This document shows positions 9,640 through 17,327 of a stretch of DNA of 64,000 nt, piece after piece. The position numbers and the translations under genes were made by a program. Location of the stretch: the NCBI GenBank assembly GCA_965242725.1, contig CBDESZ010000012.1, positions 65,247 to 129,246 of the forward strand, in the 5' to 3' direction. Source of the DNA: Alkalispirochaeta sp. GTDB lineage: Bacteria; Spirochaetota; Spirochaetia; DSM-27196; Alkalispirochaetaceae. How positions within the stretch are numbered: position 1 is the first letter of the stretch; each line of letters opens with the position of its first letter. The notes below the pieces were generated by a model. It was not told where the DNA came from and searched no databases. It was given only the letters and a program-made list of their open reading frames with translations.

Positions 9640-9756
9640 CTACTTCTTTTTCTTCTTCGGTTTGTCCGTCTCTGTAACTGTCGTTTTCGGGTGCTTTTTC
9701 GCAGTCCCTTTTTTAACGTACTGTCCAGTTATTGCGGATCGTTCTTTTTTCGCCAT
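9640..9756 (-). CDS. 38-aa lysine-rich small protein, not in the ORF track
   Basis: MAKKERSAITGQYVKKGTAKKHPKTTVTETDKPKKKKK with a strong GGGAGG SD 8 nt upstream of the ATG. Confidence 0.75.
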   Translation of the reverse strand: MAKKERSAITGQYVKKGTAKKHPKTTVTETDKPKKKKK

Positions 9757-9939
9757 AAGTCTACCCTCCCATTGGATACTTAATGTCTGTATAGTACGCT
9801 AACAACCTGTATAGTTTTATGCAATAGACTACTAGAAAATATTTTTAAAAAAAAAACGATCACGTTATGAGTACTTTTCATTTCTGTATTGTAGCGAGGT
9901 CAAAAGAGATCCTTTTCCCTTTTCGTGTAGAATTCGGCA

Positions 9940-10281
9940 ATGAATCACACCTTCATTCAAAACGCCCTTAAAGAGTACATAGAAAACACTCCCGCCCTGA
10001 CCTACACCTTCACCAACCTGAAAACACGGAGCTTCAAAGCCAGAAATCCCCGCACAAGACTAACCGGTGAGATCCGGCTAACCGGGAACGATCTTGACCG
10101 CTTTTTCCGCAAGGGACAAATGTTTAAGAGATCCGGCTTCATTGTTTTCATCACTTCGATAGGAAAACAGGGAAATACTTTCGTTGTCAAATACAGATGC
10201 GACCTACCCGCGATATCGGAGAGCGCTATACCTTCACCGGCAGACACCTATACATACCGTGTTCCGTTATTTGAGAGATAG
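9940..10281 (+). CDS. Hypothetical protein (element)
   Basis: 113-aa ORF, first of three closely spaced co-oriented ORFs. Confidence 0.55.
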   Translation: MNHTFIQNALKEYIENTPALTYTFTNLKTRSFKARNPRTRLTGEIRLTGNDLDRFFRKGQMFKRSGFIVFITSIGKQGNTFVVKYRCDLPAISESAIPSPADTYTYRVPLFER

Positions 10282-10288
10282 ATAATCT

Positions 10289-10489
10289 ATGGAGAATTAC
10301 ACAATCCAAAAAGGCCATAATGGGAAGCATAGAATCATCCTGCACGTTCCCATAGAAGAAACGAAAGACCGGGTACAACAATTACTTAATACCATGAGAG
10401 ACGAATTCAAGGATTATCGAATTCAAATGTACAGTACCGTAGTAATAGACCGGGAATTCATCACAAATATCGACGTATGGAATAATTGA
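10289..10489 (+). CDS. Hypothetical protein (element)
   Basis: 66-aa ORF 7 nt after the preceding stop codon. Confidence 0.5.
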   Translation: MENYTIQKGHNGKHRIILHVPIEETKDRVQQLLNTMRDEFKDYRIQMYSTVVIDREFITNIDVWNN

Positions 10490-10519
10490 GTAATTCCGTA
10501 AACTTAAAAGGAAAAGACA

Positions 10520-10744
10520 ATGGAAGAATTACGAATTCAGAACCTTAAAGGAACACTATCGGGAGCCGCAAAAAGAACCGTACACGATGAACAAAAGATA
10601 CCTATCAGGGAGCTGGAAACAGTCACGGTAGGGCGTGCAATCATCGTGCTACATGAAGACAAAGCGGTAGACGGTTTTATTGTTATTGACGGGGAATTAA
10701 ATCCATTGGTAGCAGGCAAGAAACCGGAAGATTACTTAGATTGA
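10520..10744 (+). CDS. Hypothetical protein (element)
   Basis: 74-aa ORF with an AAGGA SD. Confidence 0.55.
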   Translation: MEELRIQNLKGTLSGAAKRTVHDEQKIPIRELETVTVGRAIIVLHEDKAVDGFIVIDGELNPLVAGKKPEDYLD

Positions 10745-10998
10745 ATCAATGCAGAAAAGCCCCTTTCCGCTAGCCTAGTCCCTCGCAACTCTGACCGACC
10801 GCTACCGAGGGTATTTTATCGGTCCCCGACCGACAAACTACCCTAATGTATCACAATTGTATATATATACAGTAATTATGTATAAATATGCAATATTAAA
10901 TTGAACACGATTCCGGGACAACACCATACCCATATTGTACACCACACTGCTCCCTCCCGCTACCCCTCAAATTCTCCCCTGAATTCTTCCATATTTAT

Positions 10999-11026
10999 AT
11001 ACTCGATAAGACTAATTATGTTATAT
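10999..11026 (+). other. dif-like (Xer-type) recombination site
   Basis: ATACTCGATAA-GACTAA-TTATGTTATAT has an 11-6-11 layout. The right arm matches the E. coli XerD arm TTATGTTAAAT at 10 of 11 positions, and the site lies 10 nt upstream of a Xer-like gene. Confidence 0.6.
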
Positions 11027-11036
11027 ATGGTATAAT

Positions 11037-11870
11037 ATGAGTATGGAAAACAAAGAGATCACGACGACTAAAAACCATTTTGACCTTGAGACCATCCCGG
11101 CAATGTATCGGAGTGAAGCCCGTAAATTTATACAATATGTTGAGGAACACGGATTCACGGTGGAGACCTATCAAGACTTTATAGAGAGTCTCCGGGATGA
11201 CTACAAAGCCCGGACGGTCAACAAGCATATTGCCGCCTGCCGGTCTGTAATCCGCTCCATGTTCGACGATCCGAGTATAACGGACCTTCAGAAGTATCGG
11301 CTACAAAAAGCGCTTGAAACCGTCTCATACGTCAAACTTGCTCCCAGTGAAAAACAGGTGACGGGTACCCTCTCCCCTGAAGAAGTGGAAACACTTGTGA
11401 CTAGATCCCCTGCCCGTACTGCCCTTATCATTCGATTTCTGGCCGTAACAGGGTGCCGGGTATCGGAATTGACGGGAATTCGCCTCAATAAATGCAAGAC
11501 GGATGGTCAGAAAGCGGTGATTCAGGTGATAGGCAAAGGAAACAAAGCAAGAACAATCCGAATACACCTGAATCTCTATACTAAGATCCGCAAAGCGTTC
11601 CCCGGAGAGATCTTTCTTTTTGAATCGAAAAGCGGAAACGCCCTTAATACCCGAAATATTTACAAGGAAATTGTAAGACTTTCCCTGAAGCATTTGGAGG
11701 GAAAGAGGGTTACCCCTCATGACTTCCGGCACTATTTCGCCACTCAAAAAGGCGTTGAGACGGGCAATTGGAAAGGCGTATCTGAGTATTTAGGCCACGC
11801 CTCGACACAAACCACGATGGATATGTATGTTCATACGTCACTGTCAGACGCCGATTTAGGCATAGCCTGA
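11037..11870 (+). CDS. Second tyrosine recombinase, XerC/D-like, with no arm-binding domain
   Basis: TGCRVSEL, GKGNKAR, HDFRH, YLGH and TTMDMY give a complete catalytic set. Confidence 0.93.
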   Translation: MSMENKEITTTKNHFDLETIPAMYRSEARKFIQYVEEHGFTVETYQDFIESLRDDYKARTVNKHIAACRSVIRSMFDDPSITDLQKYRLQKALETVSYVKLAPSEKQVTGTLSPEEVETLVTRSPARTALIIRFLAVTGCRVSELTGIRLNKCKTDGQKAVIQVIGKGNKARTIRIHLNLYTKIRKAFPGEIFLFESKSGNALNTRNIYKEIVRLSLKHLEGKRVTPHDFRHYFATQKGVETGNWKGVSEYLGHASTQTTMDMYVHTSLSDADLGIA

Positions 11871-12249
11871 ATCTATACCCCCTCAGAATCCCCTCAGAAC
11901 GTCACAGCGCCGTTCTAAGCCCGTCTAATGGTTTAGTGGTACTTCATAGTCATTTAGTGCCCGGAAACGGGCTTACAAGCTAAACTGAGCGGTGTATCTT
12001 TCGGACAAGGTTACTCGATGCGCTGAATTCGCTTTCCTAGCTAGGCCGCAAAAAATCTTGTAATAAATTTTTTAGAATTTTTTACCGATAAGTAATTTTT
12101 TATCTAATATGGTAAAATTCACTTACTCTTTGGAAAGCGGTGGCGGGATGACCACACGGAATAGGTCAAGGGGTTAAGTGCCATTAGTTTCCGCCTGTTC
12201 TGGAATATGCCCGCCACCAAATTCTTACAACGGAACGGACACGGAGAAT

Positions 12250-12678
12250 ATGGGCAGACCTAAAAGCGAATTTCTACAATCCAACGCCAGTACTCAAATT
12301 TCGATCAGTCGGGTAACCGCTTCCCATGAAGACGATACCGATGACGATATCTTTGACACTCCCATATCCCCTGAAGAGGAACAACGCGCCCTTGAGACCG
12401 TCCGCAAAAGAGATTACCGCCTACGGAAGAGAATATCCCAGCCCCAGAAAAATGAAAGCACCTTGAATGATTCCATGCTGGCCGTCTTCCAGCGTCACGC
12501 AATAGAGCTTGCAAACACTGAAGTAATGGCGTCAAAGGATATCCGTACCCTGAACGGTCTCTATGATTCTATTTCCCGTGAATCCCGATTGTGGGAGGAG
12601 TTATATCAGCAACGAACGGAAATTAAGGAAATCGTGCAGCAACTCCGGGAGCTGGAAAAAAGCGTAAAGAGGATCTAA
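12250..12678 (+). CDS. Hypothetical protein, first gene of the putative late operon (possible small-terminase-like)
   Basis: GGAG SD, MGRPK start and C-terminal coiled coil. The function is inferred from position only. Confidence 0.5.
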   Translation: MGRPKSEFLQSNASTQISISRVTASHEDDTDDDIFDTPISPEEEQRALETVRKRDYRLRKRISQPQKNESTLNDSMLAVFQRHAIELANTEVMASKDIRTLNGLYDSISRESRLWEELYQQRTEIKEIVQQLRELEKSVKRI

Positions 12679-12682
12679 CAAC

Positions 12683-12970
12683 ATGGCTAGTACGCAATCA
12701 ATAAAAAATAGAATCGAGAAACTAACAGAGGCGGACAAATCATGGTCCGATAGCGTGGAATTCCGCCCGCAATCAATGGGCCTACGGGTATGGCTCCTCC
12801 ATCCTGACGGGTCTCGAGACCGTATCGTCATGAACGTGCCCGGAGATCCGCCCAGCGTAGAAAGCAGACATACAGGGAAGCGTCTCCCTATCGAACAATG
12901 GGACAGACTTTCAACGCTAGCAAAATCACAATGGATTAAGACGGGAACATACAGGCAGGACCGGAAATAA
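12683..12970 (+). CDS. Hypothetical protein (late operon)
   Basis: 95-aa ORF, 4 nt after the previous stop codon, with an AGAGGA SD. Confidence 0.6.
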   Translation: MASTQSIKNRIEKLTEADKSWSDSVEFRPQSMGLRVWLLHPDGSRDRIVMNVPGDPPSVESRHTGKRLPIEQWDRLSTLAKSQWIKTGTYRQDRK

Positions 12971-13049
12971 ATAAAGGAAACAACCGCCCTGAGAGGCGGA
13001 AACAAAGCGGCAGAACCGCAAATCTAAACAGACCCCGGAGGGTACATAC

Positions 13050-13556
13050 ATGGACACGAACGAAATCAGAGATTTCTTGAAAAACGATCCGGACGGTCAA
13101 GCGCTTTTTGCAGAGCTTACCGACGGATTGAAGGGAAATAGGGACCGGATTTTGACCGAAAAAAAGAGTCTACAGGAACAGCTTAATGACCTTTCCGGTC
13201 AATTGGAAACCATTACGGACCAATTGAACAGGGAACGTCAACGATCAAATGAACTGACAGCCCAGAAGGCAATAAACAGCGAATTTGACCGCTACAATGT
13301 GCCCCGTGATGTCCGCCCTATCCTTGAGAAACACTTTTCAGGTCTGGAAGGCCTTCAGATTGACGACAGCGGGACTGTCAACGTTGGTGAGACTGCCCTT
13401 TCTGAATACATGGATTCTTTTTTCATGTCGGAAGCCGGGAAGAGATTCACCACGGTACGAAGTGCGGGGTCTGGAAGCTCCGGTTCATACGGCACAACCC
13501 CAAATTCTGAAGAACAGAATTTCAGGGAAGCGCTCTCAAAATCACTTAGAAATTAA
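13050..13556 (+). CDS. Phage capsid scaffolding protein-like
   Basis: Acidic coiled-coil protein with a Gly/Ser linker (SAGSGSSGS) and a short C-terminal helix, located directly upstream of the capsid gene. Confidence 0.7.
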   Translation: MDTNEIRDFLKNDPDGQALFAELTDGLKGNRDRILTEKKSLQEQLNDLSGQLETITDQLNRERQRSNELTAQKAINSEFDRYNVPRDVRPILEKHFSGLEGLQIDDSGTVNVGETALSEYMDSFFMSEAGKRFTTVRSAGSGSSGSYGTTPNSEEQNFREALSKSLRN

Positions 13557-13567
13557 AGGATATTTAT

Positions 13568-14410
13568 ATGGCATTATCAGCAGCAATACCAACGATTGTC
13601 GGTGAGGCAATCCTTGAATCACTCCGGGAAAATCTCGTTTATGGAAGTCTTTTCAATGAAGACTACATCGGAGACGTGAAACCGGGCAACGCGGTCAAGA
13701 TCCCCAGTATCGGGTCTGTCACAATCGGAAACTATACGGCGTACACCGACATGGACGATGAAGCGGTTTCTGACAGTTCCCAGACTCTTAGTATCGATCA
13801 ACAAAAGTATTTTTCCATCGTTATGGACGACGTAGACGCGGCAATGTCAAAGCCTCGCGTCATGGCGGCTTATGCGCGTGAAGCAAGTCACCAAATGCAG
13901 GCGACGATTGACAGCTATTTAGCCGGTGTACTCGCGGCAGGCGGTACGATTACGACCGACCTGGGAGACGACACCACGCCGCTTGAGATCAACAGCGCAA
14001 ATGTCGGAAGTACTCTCCGCCTGATTGCGCGTAAGCTCGATGACGCAAAGGTACCCCGCGCCGGTCGTTTCGTGGTCGTTCCGCCTTGGATGGTAGAGGA
14101 TCTTGTGTCCGCAAATATCACGGATAGCACCAACAACGTGGACGCTATCAGTAACGCGATGGTTGCCCGTTATGGCGGTTTTGACGTGCTCATGAGTCAT
14201 CAGGTGCCGAATACCGAAAGCGCAAAGTATAAGATTGTGGCCGGTACTAATCTCAGTGCTACTATGGCGCTGGCAATCGATCAGACTGAACTGATCCGGC
14301 ACCCTACCCAGTTTGCCGACAAGTTGCGTGGTCTCGCGGTCTATGGCTCAAAGGTAACACGGGCGGCAGCTCTCGCGGTTGCTACCTGTAACGAGGCTGC
14401 GGAAGCGTAG
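13568..14410 (+). CDS. Major capsid protein (P22-coat-like family, HK97 fold)
   Basis: Recognisable blocks IPTI...LVYG.LFN.DY.GD...G..VKI, LSIDQQKYF...DDVD, KLDDAKVP..GRF.VV and FAD.LRGL.VYG.KV.R..AL. Confidence 0.88.
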   Translation: MALSAAIPTIVGEAILESLRENLVYGSLFNEDYIGDVKPGNAVKIPSIGSVTIGNYTAYTDMDDEAVSDSSQTLSIDQQKYFSIVMDDVDAAMSKPRVMAAYAREASHQMQATIDSYLAGVLAAGGTITTDLGDDTTPLEINSANVGSTLRLIARKLDDAKVPRAGRFVVVPPWMVEDLVSANITDSTNNVDAISNAMVARYGGFDVLMSHQVPNTESAKYKIVAGTNLSATMALAIDQTELIRHPTQFADKLRGLAVYGSKVTRAAALAVATCNEAAEA

Positions 14411-14461
14411 TTAAACTAGTTCCCATTACCGCCCCCTGACCGGGAGCGGGAACTCCGTTCT

Positions 14462-14494
14462 ACCGCCCAGTGTCCAAGCGCTGGGCGGTTTTTT
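14462..14494 (+). terminator. Intrinsic terminator after the capsid gene
   Basis: ACCGCCCAG...CTGGGCGGT followed by TTTTT. Confidence 0.85.
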
Positions 14495-14515
14495 GTAACT
14501 GAATTCTGCGACTAC

Positions 14516-14547
14516 TTGCAACCATGGTTGCAAAATGGTTGCAACTT
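14516..14547. repeat. GGTTGCAA repeats, probable integrase arm-binding sites
   Basis: Perfect 18-bp palindrome TTGCAACCATGGTTGCAA plus GGTTGCAACTT. The same 11-mer occurs at 6360-6370 near the left end. Confidence 0.65.
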
Positions 14548-14682
14548 CCCCGTACTAATAAAAAAACAAAGAAGAACATAGAAGAACATAGATATTCAAT
14601 AATTATCTACTATGTAACGGTTTATATCCTAACAATAAACAGATAGGAACATTGCGGAAAATATCGGAAAACGCCGATAAAC

Positions 14683-14727
14683 GCCTCCTAAGCAGTAGGT
14701 CACCCGTTCGAATCGGGTCCGGGGTAA
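14683..14727 (+). repeat. Right att core (duplicated tRNA-Arg 3' half)
   Basis: 45-bp exact copy of 6233-6277. Confidence 0.95.
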
Positions 14728-14773
14728 AGCGAACGCTCCGCGTTCGCTGACTCGAGAGAGAATGACTGACGTC

Positions 14774-14899
14774 TACTGAAAGCGCGACAGGCGAATCGAA
14801 AGATTCGCCGATAGCGCATTCGCGTTTTCCGACTCGTTGGGAAACGCTTACCTATACTGAACGCGCGACAGGCGAAAGCGAAGCTTTTGCCGATAGCGC
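14774..14899 (+). repeat. Two ~45-bp hairpin-containing direct repeats
   Basis: TACTGAAAGCGCGACAGGCGAATCGAAAGATTCGCCGATAGCGC (14774-14817) and TACTGAACGCGCGACAGGCGAAAGCGAAGCTTTTGCCGATAGCGC (14855-14899). Confidence 0.75.
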
Positions 14900-15040
14900 C
14901 GCCAAACCCAAACAAACGACAGATGCCCGAGTTGGTGAACCGTGGGCGATTCAGGAGGTGGCGATAGACGGGGAACCACACCTCACTCTCCTCCTACACG
15001 CCAGGTGCGGAGCAACGGACCCGCTTTCAGCAGAGACCGC

Positions 15041-15520
15041 TCACCGCAGCTTGTGGAGTTCCTCAACCGCGGAGCGGGGGGAGAGAACGGGAACGGGGGA
15101 GATGCCGGTATAGTCGTCGGTATTGTCCGTAATAATTGCGCTCACGTGATGACATCCCGCCGCGGCTACGACGTTCGCATCGTGTATCCTCTTGCCCTTC
15201 AGAGAGTGAGTCTCCACCAGAGCGATGAGTTCATCATGTATCTCTGCACTCTCCGGCAGAAGATGGGTCCGCGTACGGAACGCCCGAATGTTCCGTACGG
15301 CGTCACTCGTATCGAGACCGAGACCGTCTGCCTCCACCGGTCTGGTTGCCACCACAAGATACTCCCGCAGGATCTGTCCGATCGTCACGAGGTGTACTCC
15401 CGCCCGGGCCGGGAGTCGAAACAGTTCGGTACACAGGGCGTGACTATTGCGAGACCGATCCTTGGCGGCGAGCAGGACATTGGGATCGAGAAGGAGCGTA
15501 TTACCGCGCGTCATTGTCAT
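15041..15520 (-). CDS. vapC: PIN-domain toxin (VapC-like)
   Basis: LLDPNVL, ILREY, HDANVVA and ITDNTDDY acidic PIN motifs; overlaps the antitoxin gene. Confidence 0.85.
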   Translation of the reverse strand: MTMTRGNTLLLDPNVLLAAKDRSRNSHALCTELFRLPARAGVHLVTIGQILREYLVVATRPVEADGLGLDTSDAVRNIRAFRTRTHLLPESAEIHDELIALVETHSLKGKRIHDANVVAAAGCHHVSAIITDNTDDYTGISPVPVLSPRSAVEELHKLR

Positions 15521-15731
15521 ATATCTCCTGGCGAGACCACGGATCGTTCCGGCGGGTGCGCGTCATGACAAGAAGAAGGGGCTCGTCCATGTCGGGGGTC
15601 GGTGCATACCGCGATGCCTCTTCCAGAATTGCCTTAAACTCCCCTTGCACCGAACGATGATGAGCCCGGGCAAGTCGCTGCAGGTCTTCCAACACTCGTT
15701 CATCGACATCACGTATGTGTAGCGATTTCAT
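15501..15731 (-). CDS. FitA-like ribbon-helix-helix antitoxin
   Basis: MKSLHIRDVDERVLEDLQRLARAHHRSVQGE, upstream of the PIN gene. Confidence 0.85.
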   Translation of the reverse strand: MKSLHIRDVDERVLEDLQRLARAHHRSVQGEFKAILEEASRYAPTPDMDEPLLLVMTRTRRNDPWSRQEIYDNDAR

Positions 15732-15865
15732 ACTGGTTTCATATTGCTACCATCAGAAATCTGTCAACGCGGACCTGAGGCGCGTCGACGCCTGCTCGAA
15801 TCATTTCAAATAAATGGTATGAGTTCCCGAAATTTGCTACCCTTCTCCAATCAAGGGAGGCGACT

Positions 15866-16201
15866 ATGGCGACGGCGAAACTGCTCTGGACGACGGACAA
15901 CAAAGATACCGCGTTGAATATGCTGTGTCTTTACGGACATAACGCAAAGCTGCAGGGGTGGATGGACGAGGTTGAGATTCTCGTCTGGGGTGCTTCCCAG
16001 AATCTGATTGCCCGAGATACGGAAGTTCAGGCAAAAGTAAAGGCAATGATAAACGACGGTGTAAAGATCACCGCCTGTAAAAAGTGCGCCGAGAATATGG
16101 GTGTCGAGCAGGAGCTATCCTCATGCAGTATCGAGGTCTATTACACCGGAAAGCTGTTGAGCGAATGGATTAAATCCGGGGAGAGCATCATCACGGTTTA
16201 G
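15866..16201 (+). CDS. DsrE-family protein
   Basis: EILVWGAS and ACKKCAE motifs; GGAGG SD. Confidence 0.8.
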   Translation: MATAKLLWTTDNKDTALNMLCLYGHNAKLQGWMDEVEILVWGASQNLIARDTEVQAKVKAMINDGVKITACKKCAENMGVEQELSSCSIEVYYTGKLLSEWIKSGESIITV

Positions 16202-16298
16202 CAAAAAGCATATTCCTTCGGAATCTGTGTTATGCGATCCGGGCTCACGTTGCATGTGCGCTCCATTCGATCTATGTTGATATGGAAGGGGGTATGCA

Positions 16299-16979
16299 GT
16301 GTTACGAGGACATGTATACAAGTTGACGGTCGGTGTCGTTCTGCTTTCCTTTATCCTTCTTACCGTTTCATGCGCAACTTCACCGAAAACTCAATGGGTC
16401 GATCCCGACTATGACGGCGGGCCGGTCAGGAAGATCGTCGTCATCGGCATGTTTCGAAACCTCGCCAGCAGAACCGCCTTTGAGCGCGAAATCGTCGATC
16501 TCATAAATGCCAGGTCCGGAACACGGGCGGTTTCGAGCCTGGAATTCATGGCGCCGAACACGAAGTATGAATATGCCGCCATGGAATCCCGGTTCAGGGA
16601 AATGGGAATCGACGGGATCCTTATTATACGGACCCGATCAATTGACAACACCGCCGAGTTCATTCCCGGGGCAACCTATACCGTCCGGGAAGCGGTTCCG
16701 TACTACCAGTACCAGAATCCGTACTATTACCGATATTACGTTTACACCTATACGACCATTCGAGAACCCGGGTACTACATGCATACGGCAATCGTCAGCA
16801 CTGAAAGCACCCTTTTTCTGAATGGGAACGACAGGATGATCTGGACGATGGAAATGAATACGACACAGAAGTACAGAACGATCGACGGTATCACCAATCC
16901 AGGACATGAAGCGCCGTTATCGGCGACGGCAATATTGAACGGTCTCAGGAAGAACAGGCTGTTACTGCCCCGAGGCTGA
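16299..16979 (+). CDS. Putative lipoprotein
   Basis: Lipobox LTVSC and a Tyr-rich segment. Confidence 0.7.
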   Translation: MLRGHVYKLTVGVVLLSFILLTVSCATSPKTQWVDPDYDGGPVRKIVVIGMFRNLASRTAFEREIVDLINARSGTRAVSSLEFMAPNTKYEYAAMESRFREMGIDGILIIRTRSIDNTAEFIPGATYTVREAVPYYQYQNPYYYRYYVYTYTTIREPGYYMHTAIVSTESTLFLNGNDRMIWTMEMNTTQKYRTIDGITNPGHEAPLSATAILNGLRKNRLLLPRG

Positions 16980-17077
16980 ACGTACCGTAAGGTGCGACGG
17001 CGGGACGGGCTTTCCACACTGTAGCCGGTACATCCGACCCGGTGATCGGTGTAGAATACGCAGAATAAGGAGGCACC

Positions 17078-17281
17078 ATGATTCGTTTTATTTTCGGGAT
17101 TCTTCTGGGAATTCTTATCATCATTTTTGCCGCGCAAAATACCGAGATCGTACAATACACCTTCCTGGTCTGGACGCTCACCGCGCCTCGTGCCCTGGTT
17201 GTGATCGGCGTCTTCCTGCTCGGCCTGGTGAGCGGTTGGCTGGCGACCGGGATGCGTGTGCTCCTCCGTCGCAGCCATTAA
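17078..17281 (+). CDS. LapA/DUF1049-like small membrane protein
   Basis: Two transmembrane helices with IFAAQN...V...FL.W; AAGGAGG SD. Confidence 0.8.
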   Translation: MIRFIFGILLGILIIIFAAQNTEIVQYTFLVWTLTAPRALVVIGVFLLGLVSGWLATGMRVLLRRSH

Positions 17282-17327
17282 CCTCCCCGGCACCCGTATC
17301 CCCGGTCACCGAGTCGGCATCGTTCAG

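Larger units (their letters stand above)
6233..14727. mobile_element. tRNA-Arg-integrated element (~8.45 kb), candidate capsid-encoding phage satellite
   Basis: 45-bp terminal direct repeat of the tRNA 3' half, integrase next to the left end, visibly AT-richer than the flanks, and Xis, Rep-like, scaffold and capsid genes inside. Confidence 0.93.

Noticed and set aside
9596..9802. Plus-strand 68-aa Phe-rich ORF
   Set aside because: It is the antisense shadow of the Lys-rich minus-strand ORF 9640-9756, which has the clear SD.
13568..14410. Encapsulin nanocompartment
   Set aside because: The sequence blocks resemble phage P22-coat-like capsids, the upstream gene looks like a scaffold rather than a cargo enzyme, and the context is a mobile element.
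6233..14727. Complete autonomous prophage
   Set aside because: It is only ~8.45 kb between intact att sites, with no recognisable portal, large terminase, tail, lysis or repressor genes.
14683..14727. Second tRNA gene
   Set aside because: Only the 3' half is present; the 5' acceptor strand and D-arm are missing, so it is an att duplicate.
14728..14899. CRISPR array or hammerhead ribozyme
   Set aside because: There are only two divergent repeat copies and no cas genes in the window. CTGA and GAAA occur, but not in the CUGANGA...GAAA three-stem arrangement.
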